A DNA stretch of 64,000 nt, from positions 159-64,158 of the forward strand of contig JAFUQI010000060.1 in the NCBI GenBank assembly GCA_017481035.1, in the 5' to 3' direction. Below the pieces are notes generated by a model that saw only the letters and a list, made by a program, of their open reading frames with translations, did not search any database and was not told the DNA's origin. Position numbers and translations under genes: made by a program. Origin of the DNA: Alphaproteobacteria bacterium. Lineage in GTDB: Bacteria > Pseudomonadota > Alphaproteobacteria > RUG11792. Below are positions 9,576 through 19,273 of this stretch, piece by piece (positions within the stretch are counted from its first letter, which is position 1; each line of letters opens with the position of its first letter).

Positions 9576-10850
9576 TTATTTAAGATTTGCTATTCTAGAA
9601 AACATAGTTTTGCAAGTTTCGTATTGTTTTATTAGTTTGTTCACATCCGAAACCTCCTGAGCACATCCTTTTGCTATTCTCCTTCGTCTTGAAGCGTTTA
9701 GTATTGATGGATTATTTCGTTCTTGTTTAGTCATTGATTGTATGATTGCGATTTGTCTAGATATTGTTTTATCGTTTATATTTGCTTCTTTAAGCTTGTT
9801 TTTAATTTGTCCAAGGCCAGGTATAAATTTTAATATTCCGCTTAATCCGCCAATCTTTTGCATTTGCCTGAGATATTTTTCCATGCTGTTTAGATCAAAG
9901 TTTTTGGCATTTGGAATATCTGTTGCAGACATGTTTTCATTTGCTTCTATAGCCTTTTCAACAAGTGTTATTACATCGCCTTGATCAAGGATCCTTGAAG
10001 CTATACGGTCCGGATGAAATTGTTCAATATCGTTAATTTTTTCGCCAGTTGTCATATATTTGATTTGACAGTTAGTAACAGTCTTTGCAGAAAGCGCCGC
10101 ACCACCTCTCGAATCACCATCAACACGAGTCAATATAAGGCCTGTAAGGTTTAGCAAATCATTAAAAGTCTTAGCTGTATTGATTGCATCCTGTCCCATC
10201 ATGCTGTCTATTACAAGCAACGTTTCAGATGGTAAAACTATCTGATGAATCTCTTTAATTTCATTAAGCATTTCCTCATCGATACTTAATCTTCCGGCTG
10301 TATCATAGATAACATAGTCATAGTTTCTTTGAATGGCCATAGACTTCTTTGCAATTTCTATAGGCTTATCTTTTGAATCAAAATCTTTAAAAAAATCTAA
10401 GTTATTTGCTTTGGCTATTTTTTGAAGCTGTTCTATTGCTGCTGGTCTATAAGTATCAAGAGAAACCAAAAGAACTTTATGTGACTTTGAAAGTATCTTT
10501 GCTAATTTCGCTGATGTTGTTGTCTTTCCGGTTCCTTGCAGCCCAGCCATTAAAATCGCACCTTGTTTCAAAGAGACCTTAGACTCATCACCTAGTAATT
10601 TTACAAGCTCGTCATAAACAGCTTTTATTATAGTCTGCTCAGGACTTACGCTATTTATAACTTTTTGGCCTATAAGCTTTTCTTTAAGATTTGATGTTAT
10701 TTGTCTAACAACTTGCAATGCAACGTCAGCTTCAAGAAGAGATACCCTAATTTCACGAATTGTTGATTCAACTATATCTTCTGTTAAGATACCTCGTTTT
10801 CTTATATTTGAAAAAACGTTAATTAGCTTCGATGTTAAACTTGAAAACAT
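9576..10850 (-). CDS. ffh: Signal recognition particle protein Ffh
   Basis: 424 aa. Has an N domain, G-domain motifs GLQGTGKTTT, DTAGR and TRVDGDSRGG, and a short Met-rich M domain. Confidence 0.9.
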   Translation of the reverse strand: MFSSLTSKLINVFSNIRKRGILTEDIVESTIREIRVSLLEADVALQVVRQITSNLKEKLIGQKVINSVSPEQTIIKAVYDELVKLLGDESKVSLKQGAILMAGLQGTGKTTTSAKLAKILSKSHKVLLVSLDTYRPAAIEQLQKIAKANNLDFFKDFDSKDKPIEIAKKSMAIQRNYDYVIYDTAGRLSIDEEMLNEIKEIHQIVLPSETLLVIDSMMGQDAINTAKTFNDLLNLTGLILTRVDGDSRGGAALSAKTVTNCQIKYMTTGEKINDIEQFHPDRIASRILDQGDVITLVEKAIEANENMSATDIPNAKNFDLNSMEKYLRQMQKIGGLSGILKFIPGLGQIKNKLKEANINDKTISRQIAIIQSMTKQERNNPSILNASRRRRIAKGCAQEVSDVNKLIKQYETCKTMFSRIANLK

Positions 10851-10867
10851 AACATTACTTCAAGAAA

Positions 10868-11941
10868 CTATATACGCTTCATTTTTAACATATTTTTTAA
10901 GATCTGTAACTTGCTTAATTTGGCTGTGCCTTTTACTAGATTTGCAAGCTCAACGTTTTGCTTGTGCCACTGCATTATTCCAACAGCTGGTGTTCCGCCT
11001 ATTTTTGATCCATCTTCAACATTTCGCATTATTCCACTTTGAGCCGCAACTGTCACTTTATTGCCGATAGATAAGTGACCAGCAATTCCTACCTGTCCAC
11101 CAAAGAAACACATTTTTCCAACTTTAACGCTTCCTGCTATTCCTGTCTGTGCTGCTATTACTGTGTATTCTCCAAGTTCAACATTATGGGCTATATGAAC
11201 CATATTATCCAATCTTGAGTGACTTCCTATAATTGTGTCTTCCATACTTCCTCTGTCTATTGTACAGTTAGCTCCTACTTGAACATCGTCTCCAATTATA
11301 ACTTTGCCAATTTGCATAACGTCTGTTATTCCAGTTTTGCCTACATGGAAACCAAATCCCTGTTGTCCAATTCTTGCTCCTGTTTTGATATACGCATTCT
11401 TACCAATAACTGCAAATCCTATTGTTACATTAGATTCAATATGAGAATTTTCTCCAATTTCTACGCCTTCAAGGATTGTCGTATGCGGACCTATATATGT
11501 TCCTTTCTTAACTACCGCTCCATCTGAAATCGTAACAAAATCTGAAATAGTGCATCCTTCCTCTATCGTAGCACTTTTCGATATAGATGCTTTGTCTGAT
11601 ATTGAACTTTGTTTTTTTGATTTAATTTTATAGAATTCCTTTAAAAGCAATGCATGGGCAAAGTAAGGTTCATCAACAACTAATGCTATCGTACCTGTTG
11701 GAACCAAAGATTTGTATGCTTTTGAAACTAAACATGCAAATGCTTTTGTATTCTTGAGCATATCTTTATATTTTGCGTTATGAAAAAACGTAACATCTGA
11801 ATCTGTTGCCGCGTCAAGCTTTGCTATGTTTAATATCTTCTTATCTGAAAGGGATTGATCTGGAAGATCAATTCCGATAGTATCGCAAACTTTTTTAAGG
11901 GTTAAAAACTCTTGCTTGTCGTAAAACCTAGTATCTATCAT
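10868..11941 (-). CDS. lpxD: UDP-3-O-acylglucosamine N-acyltransferase
   Basis: 357 aa. Has an N-terminal LpxD domain followed by a left-handed hexapeptide-repeat region, and lies immediately downstream of skp/ompH. Confidence 0.85.
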   Translation of the reverse strand: MIDTRFYDKQEFLTLKKVCDTIGIDLPDQSLSDKKILNIAKLDAATDSDVTFFHNAKYKDMLKNTKAFACLVSKAYKSLVPTGTIALVVDEPYFAHALLLKEFYKIKSKKQSSISDKASISKSATIEEGCTISDFVTISDGAVVKKGTYIGPHTTILEGVEIGENSHIESNVTIGFAVIGKNAYIKTGARIGQQGFGFHVGKTGITDVMQIGKVIIGDDVQVGANCTIDRGSMEDTIIGSHSRLDNMVHIAHNVELGEYTVIAAQTGIAGSVKVGKMCFFGGQVGIAGHLSIGNKVTVAAQSGIMRNVEDGSKIGGTPAVGIMQWHKQNVELANLVKGTAKLSKLQILKNMLKMKRI

Positions 11942-11942
11942 T

Positions 11943-12518
11943 TTATAATTCCTCTATATTAATATCCGATATTTCTTTGTCAAGCTGACTTATAATGATA
12001 TCTGTTATATCGTGTTCAGGCTTATTATAGAAAACATTGATAGATTCTTGAGAACCTTTACTAAAAACTATATCAATGTTTTGTGCCCTAGCTGTTAATT
12101 CTATAATTTTATTAAGCTTTGATTGAATAAGTTCTGAAAGCTTTGAATCTTTGTTTCTAATGTCTTGCACCTTATTTAAATAACTTGATGCTACTTTATT
12201 CCATCGTTGTTCGATTCTATTTCTCTCATTATCTTTTTGTTTTGCGCTAAGTTTTTTATTTGACTTTACATCTTGTGACATTTTACGTATTTCTGACTCA
12301 AATTTTCTAAGTTCAGTGACAAGACCAGAAAGCTTCTCGGCAAGCTTGTCATGCCCTTTAAAACACTTTGCTGTACTTTTTAACTTTTGTCCATCTATGA
12401 TCGCTATATTAAAACTTGAACATTTTGGCGCTTTGGTGTTTTTGTATGATAAAACAAAGCTGCTAACAACACTTGCAAAGGCAACAATTGTGATCAGAAT
12501 ATTTCTTAAGCTAAACAA
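11943..12518 (-). CDS. OmpH/Skp-family periplasmic chaperone
   Basis: 191 aa. Has a signal anchor followed by a Lys/Glu-rich coiled-coil, and sits in the position upstream of lpxD. Confidence 0.7.
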   Translation of the reverse strand: MFSLRNILITIVAFASVVSSFVLSYKNTKAPKCSSFNIAIIDGQKLKSTAKCFKGHDKLAEKLSGLVTELRKFESEIRKMSQDVKSNKKLSAKQKDNERNRIEQRWNKVASSYLNKVQDIRNKDSKLSELIQSKLNKIIELTARAQNIDIVFSKGSQESINVFYNKPEHDITDIIISQLDKEISDINIEEL

Positions 12519-12827
12519 TTCTTATTATCTAAGACAAAACAGCTGTAAATATATTAACAGATTAATGTTAAAACTTTCAACAAGCTATGGAAATAGGCAT
12601 TGATAAAAAACTTATTCGTGGCACGTTACATTCTAGCAGTCTGCTTTAATACAGTCACAATATCTTATAAGTAGAATTACTATCTATACTTTTAAAAGGC
12701 TTAGGTTGCAATACTATAATCATTATATCAATTCTATTAAGCCTTACCTGTCAATGTTCACTTACATAAGGTTATATATTATCAGCAAAAAAAGGATGTG
12801 GAAGGTTAATTGTTTCTAACACTAATG

Positions 12828-13313
12828 TTATGGACATTTTTTATCGTTTGAAAATAAGCTAAGAACTATCAATAATACTGCGCATACTGATATGAATGAG
12901 TCTGCAACATTAAAAGCTGGCCAATGTAAATCCATATAATGAACGTCTATAAAATCTACAACTGCTCCATGTAAGAATCTATCGATTAGATTTCCTATAG
13001 CTCCTCCTATAATTCCAGCGCAAAGGATCTTCTCTGTATTATTTGTCATTCGGAAAAAAACATAAATTAGAAATATAATTAGAAGAATGGATACACCAAC
13101 TAGTATACAGCTTTCGATATGAGTTTCAGGGTTCAGTAACCCAAAGCTTGTTCCAAAATTAAATACAAGACATAAGTTTAGAAATTCAGTTATTTTTATT
13201 GAAGAACCCTTTGGCAAAAATGCTAGTATAGAGAATTTGCTTGCTTGATCGAAAATTATTGCAAAAACAGCTATAATCAAACCAAATAACTCAGCCTTTT
13301 TCTTGTTAGTCAC
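12828..13313 (-). CDS. lspA: Lipoprotein signal peptidase (signal peptidase II)
   Basis: 161 aa. Carries the motifs NFGTSFG, GGAIGNLIDR and FNVAD. Confidence 0.9.
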   Translation of the reverse strand: MTNKKKAELFGLIIAVFAIIFDQASKFSILAFLPKGSSIKITEFLNLCLVFNFGTSFGLLNPETHIESCILVGVSILLIIFLIYVFFRMTNNTEKILCAGIIGGAIGNLIDRFLHGAVVDFIDVHYMDLHWPAFNVADSFISVCAVLLIVLSLFSNDKKCP

Positions 13314-13381
13314 TTGTATACCGCTCCGTATCGAATTTTAGAAAAACAGATTTCCTTTTACTTTATAATGATACCCGTAAT

Positions 13382-14245
13382 TTAGCAAAATGACAAAATG
13401 ATAATAAGTAATGGCATCATAATTTTCCATGCCAAACTTGTCATATTATCTTGAGTAGATCTAAATGTTGTTGCTCTTATAACGATACATAAAAATATAA
13501 CAACAAACGAAGTTAATGTAATTAAGTATATATTTGACGTTCCTATAAAGATATAAGATATTAAGAGTGCGAAAAAAAGTATATTTAAATAATCAGCAAG
13601 GTATATCATTGCGAACATTATTCCCCCATATTCTGTATAGCATCCAGCGACTAATTCTGATTCAGATTCTGCAAAATCGAAAGGCAACTTATTTGTTGAT
13701 ATTAGAAAAATAATAAAAAATAAAACGGCAAATGGTATTGATACGTATATTGGCATAGTATCAGTTACAGGCATGTTAAGTGAAAAATCTTTTTTATACA
13801 TAGCTATAACGAGAATGGATATTATAAAAGGAAGGTGATTTGCTATATTTTGAAAGTAACATCGAATTCCACCCATAATTCCATATTTTGATCTACTTAA
13901 TAATCCAAGACCTGTTTCTGAGAATAGTATTATGCTGTGTGATATAGCGATAAGTAATAGTGCATATTTATTCTCATTTATCACTGGCAATAAAGTAAGT
14001 TGAAATAAAGAAGCAGAAAGCAAAATCCATATTATAAATATACTTAGTTTTGAGTGGTTTTTGATAGCGTTTCTTTTCAATATCAGTTTTAATGAATCTG
14101 CAATAGGCTGTGTTACCCCTGCAATTCCGCATTGATCTGGGCCGTATCTTTTTTGTATTTTTCCTATAAGTTTCCTTTCGAATAATGACATATAGGCTGC
14201 TGTAAAAATACAGCACACTATATAGACTAAAGTTTTTAAGATCAT
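13382..14245 (-). CDS. ND1/NuoH/HycD-family membrane protein (orphan within this window)
   Basis: Carries the family motifs FERKLIGKIQKRYGP...QPIADSLKL, SRSKYGIMGGIR, LPFDFAESESELVAGCYTEY and RATTFRSTQDNM. I chose the ATG at 14245, which forms an ATGA overlap with the tolB stop. Confidence 0.65.
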   Translation of the reverse strand: MILKTLVYIVCCIFTAAYMSLFERKLIGKIQKRYGPDQCGIAGVTQPIADSLKLILKRNAIKNHSKLSIFIIWILLSASLFQLTLLPVINENKYALLLIAISHSIILFSETGLGLLSRSKYGIMGGIRCYFQNIANHLPFIISILVIAMYKKDFSLNMPVTDTMPIYVSIPFAVLFFIIFLISTNKLPFDFAESESELVAGCYTEYGGIMFAMIYLADYLNILFFALLISYIFIGTSNIYLITLTSFVVIFLCIVIRATTFRSTQDNMTSLAWKIMMPLLIIILSFC

Positions 14246-15621
14246 TTGTTTAAAACCTTTTCGCTTGGAGACCATGCTGGATATGATGCATCTTTCGATG
14301 TTTTTATAATACGTGAATAATTTCCAGTCAAATCTGTAATAGCAATTACAGATTTCGATTTTTTATCTGGTTGCGCTGAATATACGATGTAACGTCCATT
14401 TGATGACCAATCTGGACATTCTACTAAATATCCGTTTGATATTAGTCTTTCTGATGAACCATCAGTCTTCATAACCCCTATAAAAAATTGACCTGCTGTC
14501 TGTTTCGCAAATGCTATTAGATCTCCTCTTGGAGACCATCTTGGTTGAGAATATTTACCTCCTTCTTTGCTTATTCGTTTGACATCGGATCCATCAGAGT
14601 TCATTACGTATATTGCTTCCGTTCCTTCTCTGTTAGATGTAAAAACTATTTTTGTTCCATCGTTTGAAAAACATGGAGATGTGTCAATGCCGACATGTTC
14701 TGTTAATTGTGTAAGTGAGTTAGATAGAAGATTCATTTTATATATGGCAGATTTGCCATCAAATATAATCGCTAAAACTACTTCTGTTCCGTCTGGTGAA
14801 AAGTGAGGCGCATATGTCATCTGTATAGGTTTACCGTTGTTTTTTTTGATTAATGATTTCATGATCTGCTCTGATATCAGTAATGTCTTTGACCCACTTC
14901 TTATATCAACCAAATAAACGTGAGCGGATTGTCCTAATGGACTCCTTTTGTCATCGCTACATGATATAATTGCTATTTTGTTATTAGAGTTGGAAAACTT
15001 TGGCATAATGTCAAGGCACTTTCCATTCGTTAGGTCTCGAGGATTGAATCCATCCTGGTCTATTAAAACTATTTTTGTTTTTCTTTTTTCAGGGTTTTTG
15101 TTATCTGCAGTTTCGACGTAGGCTATTTTTGTGTCAAAATATCCTTGCTCATTATGAACTCGTTCATATATATAATCTGCTATTTTATGGGCTATTTCTC
15201 TAGTATTTGACTTATTTCCGCTAACGCTTACAGAGAGCATAGTTTGTCCAGTGATGACGTCTATGAGGTTAAATGAAATATTTAATTTGCTTCTGCTCTC
15301 ATTTGCTATTGTTCCGTATACCAAAAACCTTGCTTTTAGTATTGACCAGTTTTGAAGATTTGGTTTTGTTTTTGATAACGTTTCCTTATCTTCTATAAAT
15401 GCATTCTTGTCTATCGGTGAAAACAGTCCTGATAGAGAAAGGTCTGATATAATAATGTTTGATATTTCTGTTCCTTCGTCTGATGACTCTCCTGTTTCAG
15501 TGAAAAAATCTACTATTGCTATTGGATCTGGAGAAACAACGCCTTTATTTATTTCAACTTTAAGAGCATAGCAATTTAAGTATATTGATCCTAAAAATAT
15601 ATATAATATTTTATATAACAT
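14242..15621 (-). CDS. tolB: Tol-Pal system beta-propeller protein TolB
   Basis: 459 aa. Has a signal peptide, a TolB N-domain, and PD40 repeats (FSPDG, WSPRGD, WSSNG). Confidence 0.9.
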   Translation of the reverse strand: MLYKILYIFLGSIYLNCYALKVEINKGVVSPDPIAIVDFFTETGESSDEGTEISNIIISDLSLSGLFSPIDKNAFIEDKETLSKTKPNLQNWSILKARFLVYGTIANESRSKLNISFNLIDVITGQTMLSVSVSGNKSNTREIAHKIADYIYERVHNEQGYFDTKIAYVETADNKNPEKRKTKIVLIDQDGFNPRDLTNGKCLDIMPKFSNSNNKIAIISCSDDKRSPLGQSAHVYLVDIRSGSKTLLISEQIMKSLIKKNNGKPIQMTYAPHFSPDGTEVVLAIIFDGKSAIYKMNLLSNSLTQLTEHVGIDTSPCFSNDGTKIVFTSNREGTEAIYVMNSDGSDVKRISKEGGKYSQPRWSPRGDLIAFAKQTAGQFFIGVMKTDGSSERLISNGYLVECPDWSSNGRYIVYSAQPDKKSKSVIAITDLTGNYSRIIKTSKDASYPAWSPSEKVLNK

Positions 15622-15855
15622 TTTGTTATTTTGAGTATCATATCTATAATCATTGATTTTACATTATATATCCAAAACTTGCTATACAGTAATTGTTTTT
15701 GTCGTTGGAAACAGTGCTAAAAATGAAACAACACACACTATAGCAACCAAAAGAAGAAAACCAGTGTTGCGGTAGCCGTGAGGTAGCCATCTAACGCATC
15801 TAGAAACAACACGACATCTGCAACAATGTTAATCAAAAAGATTATGTTAGATCAA

Positions 15856-17175
15856 TCAATTGCAGATAAACTTAACAAGTATGAAGCTAACAGGCAATAT
15901 TATCGCACAGGACCATAGCATATATCCTACAAATGATGGCATTTTTATATTCCTTTTTTCAGCTATTGATCTAACCATCATATTTGGAGCGTTGCCTATG
16001 TATGTCATGGCTCCCATTACAACTGAGCTTATCGATATTGCTTTTAGTACATTTGGATATACATACATTAATTCGTTTGCGTCTCCACCTGCCATATTAA
16101 AGAACAAAAGATATGACGGAGCATTATCCAAAAACGAGGATGCCAGAGAACATAGCCAGAAATAAATGGATGATCCATCTGTTCCGTTGCTTGCATCTAT
16201 TATATATTTATGAATAGAGTCTGAATGAACGTTTAGGATATAGAGTACTGGAGCTATAACAATAAATATAATAAAAAAAGTCGTTGCTACTTCTTTAAAT
16301 GGAGCAAAGTCTATGTTTTCTGAATGTTTCTTAGAATTATACAACGAAATTGTACAAAAGATAATAAGTATTATGTTTTTCAAACATATGTGTGGAACTA
16401 TGCAATCACACACGTATGGTAAGTGCATTACTATATCTCCGTCAAAATCTAAGAATAAAATTAAAACTGTAGCAATTATTAAATATATATTTACCCAACC
16501 ATTAACCTTTAATGAAAAACGTTTGCCTGGAATTTCGAAAACTTCATTGCGACTTTTTATATAATCAATTATCGCCATTATTGCAAGGCAAGAAGATACA
16601 TATGCAAGCCAATAAATAGTTAGATTTTCAAGTTCCCAAGAAAATTCAACTCCATGAAGATATCCAAGCAAAAGTGGAGGATCTCCAAGAGGCGTCAAAA
16701 GTCCGCCTATATTGGCAACAATAAATATGAAGAATATTATCAAGTGAGCTTTGTTTTTTCTTTGTTTATTCAGTTCTAAAAAAGGTCGAAGAAATAACAT
16801 TGCTGCACCCGTTGTTCCTATAATCGAAGAAAAAACACTGCAACATCCCAAGAAACCAACGTTAACTAATGTAGTCGGTTTTGCTTTGATTTTTATATGT
16901 ATTCCATGACTCAATACGTATAGCGTAAATAGCATGATTATAAAAGGCAAATAATCATCTATTATTGCATCCTTTAAGATAGCACTTGCATTATGCGTTA
17001 TTAGGTATGTTGATACGATTGAAAACAAAGATACAACTGAAAAAATTATAGTTTCGTTCCTATGCCAAAATTTGCTAGCGATTAAAGGCAAAAATGCTAT
17101 TGAAAACAAAACTATTACAAGAGGCGATGAGAGCAAGATTATCTCTAATTGATTCATACGCTTATACGTAAGCAA
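15856..17175 (-). CDS. ArsB/NhaD-superfamily permease (putative Na+/H+ antiporter-like transporter)
   Basis: 439 aa and polytopic, with about 10 or more TM helices. The call rests on general resemblance only. The track start is TTG; an ATG alternative lies at 17157. Confidence 0.4.
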   Translation of the reverse strand: MLTYKRMNQLEIILLSSPLVIVLFSIAFLPLIASKFWHRNETIIFSVVSLFSIVSTYLITHNASAILKDAIIDDYLPFIIMLFTLYVLSHGIHIKIKAKPTTLVNVGFLGCCSVFSSIIGTTGAAMLFLRPFLELNKQRKNKAHLIIFFIFIVANIGGLLTPLGDPPLLLGYLHGVEFSWELENLTIYWLAYVSSCLAIMAIIDYIKSRNEVFEIPGKRFSLKVNGWVNIYLIIATVLILFLDFDGDIVMHLPYVCDCIVPHICLKNIILIIFCTISLYNSKKHSENIDFAPFKEVATTFFIIFIVIAPVLYILNVHSDSIHKYIIDASNGTDGSSIYFWLCSLASSFLDNAPSYLLFFNMAGGDANELMYVYPNVLKAISISSVVMGAMTYIGNAPNMMVRSIAEKRNIKMPSFVGYMLWSCAIILPVSFILVKFICN

Positions 17176-17430
17176 AACAACATTTTAAATTATAACATAT
17201 AACTATTGAGTTGCTTTGCTATTTTTTATTTACCTAGCTGTTCTTGTTTGATTCAAAAGTATCAGTTGTTTTGATAACAATTTATTTTTATTCAAGATAT
17301 AATAACTCAGTTTTTTTTGTTGCATAGTGTTTTTTACTTTGACATTATTTTCCTTTTATATTAAACGTAGCGTCAATTCTTTGTGTGTTAAACAATATAC
17401 TTTGTGTTGTATATATACCTGTTATACAAT

Positions 17431-18546
17431 CTATCTTTTTGAGTGATTCAAATCTTTGTATTCAAGTTTTAATGATTTTGCAATAGGCTTGCATGTTATG
17501 TTGCCTTTATATATGTTTAACCCAAAACGTAATGCAGAATCTTTTTGCAAAGCATCTTTTAATCCGAGGTTTGCTATTTGTTCAATATATTGATGAGTCG
17601 CATTGTTAAGAGCAATACTGGCAGTTTGCGGATAAGCTCCAGGCATATTGGTAACACAGTAATGTAATACGCCTGAAACGACAAAGTATGGAGCATCGTG
17701 TGTTGTAGGTTTGCTAGTTTCACAGCATCCTCCTTGATCTATTGATACATCGATTATAACGCTCCCCTTTTTCATATTTCCGACAGTATTCCTTGAAATT
17801 ATTTTTGGAGTAATAGCTCCAGGAATAAGCGCACTGCATATTAGTATGTCTGTTTTTTCAATCAATTCTGCAATTTTCGATTCCGAATAAAACGTTGTTT
17901 TAACACGACCACCAAACATTTTGTCTATACTATTAAGAGTATGCTGATGTGTATCGATAACAGTAACTGAAGCACCTATTCCTTTGGCTATAAAAGCTGC
18001 ATTTTTTCCTACATTACCTGCGCCTATAATTGTAATGTTACCTGGTTCTACACCTGGAATTCCCGAAGCTAAGATACCTTCACCACCATATTTTTTTTGC
18101 AGCAAATTTGTTGCTATTAAAACAGACATTCTTCCTGCAATAGCGCTCATTGGTGCCAACAAGGGAAGTTGACCATTGTTATTTTGTACCGTTTCGTAAG
18201 CTATACAAGTCGCTCCTGAGTTAATGAGAGCTTCTGTCAACTTTTGGTTTGAAGCTAAATGCAAATATGTAAACAATATATGTTTTTCTTTTATCTTGTT
18301 GTATTCAATTGGTAATGGCTCTTTTACCTTGACTATTAATTCTGACTTATCCCAAATTTCATCAGCAACATCAAAAACTGTTGCTCCAACTTTTATATAT
18401 TCTTCATCAGGAAAACCAGCATTTAATCCAGCATTTCTTTCAACAAATACCGAATGTCCATTATTGATAAGTTTTTCAGCAAAGCTTGGGATTATCGATA
18501 CCCTAAATTCTTGATTCTTTATTTCTTTTGGAACTCCAATAATCAT
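17431..18546 (-). CDS. ald: Alanine dehydrogenase
   Basis: 371 aa. Has the N-terminus MIIGVPKEIKNQEFRV and the NAD-binding motif GAGNVG. Confidence 0.85.
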   Translation of the reverse strand: MIIGVPKEIKNQEFRVSIIPSFAEKLINNGHSVFVERNAGLNAGFPDEEYIKVGATVFDVADEIWDKSELIVKVKEPLPIEYNKIKEKHILFTYLHLASNQKLTEALINSGATCIAYETVQNNNGQLPLLAPMSAIAGRMSVLIATNLLQKKYGGEGILASGIPGVEPGNITIIGAGNVGKNAAFIAKGIGASVTVIDTHQHTLNSIDKMFGGRVKTTFYSESKIAELIEKTDILICSALIPGAITPKIISRNTVGNMKKGSVIIDVSIDQGGCCETSKPTTHDAPYFVVSGVLHYCVTNMPGAYPQTASIALNNATHQYIEQIANLGLKDALQKDSALRFGLNIYKGNITCKPIAKSLKLEYKDLNHSKR

Positions 18547-19043
18547 AAAAAACCTCCTTTTGAACTGTCAACACAGTATTGCAATCGTCCCTCAATGTTC
18601 ATAACTCTTAGAGCAATGTTTTTAGTAGCTAAAGCGCATGCATGTTCTTTAACAATTAATTCTCCATGTCCAAAAATTGGCACTAGGAATTCAGCACGTC
18701 CAAGAACTGTTAATTTTCCGTCAATCCATAACGGTTCTTCTCCCAAAACTATAAATCTAACATTTTTATCGATTGTCAGATTGAATTTTATAGAAACAGG
18801 AATTGGCAATAATGTCGTGTTAATTTCTGGTTTTAAATTTAGGTTTTGCGAAAAAGTATAATCATTACCTGAAGTATTTATTTTTTCGTCTAAAATTATA
18901 TCAGAAAAATTTCTCTGATAAGTTGATATATATTCTCCATTAATAAAATTTCTTGGAGTAGAAAATCCACATAATTCAGTTGATGTTGCTAAATCAGTAA
19001 ATAAATATGTCGCAAATACAATATAAGGAAGCTTAATTAACAT
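18543..19043 (-). CDS. Hypothetical protein with a hydrophobic N-terminus, translationally coupled to ald
   Basis: 166 aa with no motif I recognise. Overlaps the ald start by 4 nt. Confidence 0.45.
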   Translation of the reverse strand: MLIKLPYIVFATYLFTDLATSTELCGFSTPRNFINGEYISTYQRNFSDIILDEKINTSGNDYTFSQNLNLKPEINTTLLPIPVSIKFNLTIDKNVRFIVLGEEPLWIDGKLTVLGRAEFLVPIFGHGELIVKEHACALATKNIALRVMNIEGRLQYCVDSSKGGFL

Positions 19044-19189
19044 TGCTAGTATTCTCCTGTGACTATATTTATATTTTACTATGTTTTGATAGTATTTGCA
19101 AATTTTGTGTGTATTGTGAAAAATATTTTGTTAACAATTATTGTTGTTGATTTTTGAACTTTCAGATTACATTAAACTTTCCATCAATC

Positions 19190-19238
19190 TTTATGGGAGT
19201 ATTAAATTCTTTCTTTAATACAAGCATTTATGTTAAAC
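19190..19238 (+). promoter_or_regulatory. Copy 1 (weakest) of the TTTATGGGAGT-N9-hexamer-N17-TTAAC-type upstream element
   Basis: TTTATGGGAGT(19190-19200)-N9-TTTCTT-N17-TTAAAC(19233-19238). A canonical TATAAT lies at 19240-19245 and the ATG is at 19274. Confidence 0.45.
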
Positions 19239-19273
19239 TTATAATGTGAACTAAATCAAATAAAGTAACTGTT

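Noticed and set aside
19044-19273. Replication origin at the minus-to-plus gene-orientation switch
   Set aside because: I saw no DnaA-box-like TTATCCACA motifs or AT-rich 13-mer cluster, there is no dnaA/dnaN nearby, and a convergent switch follows only 24 kb later.
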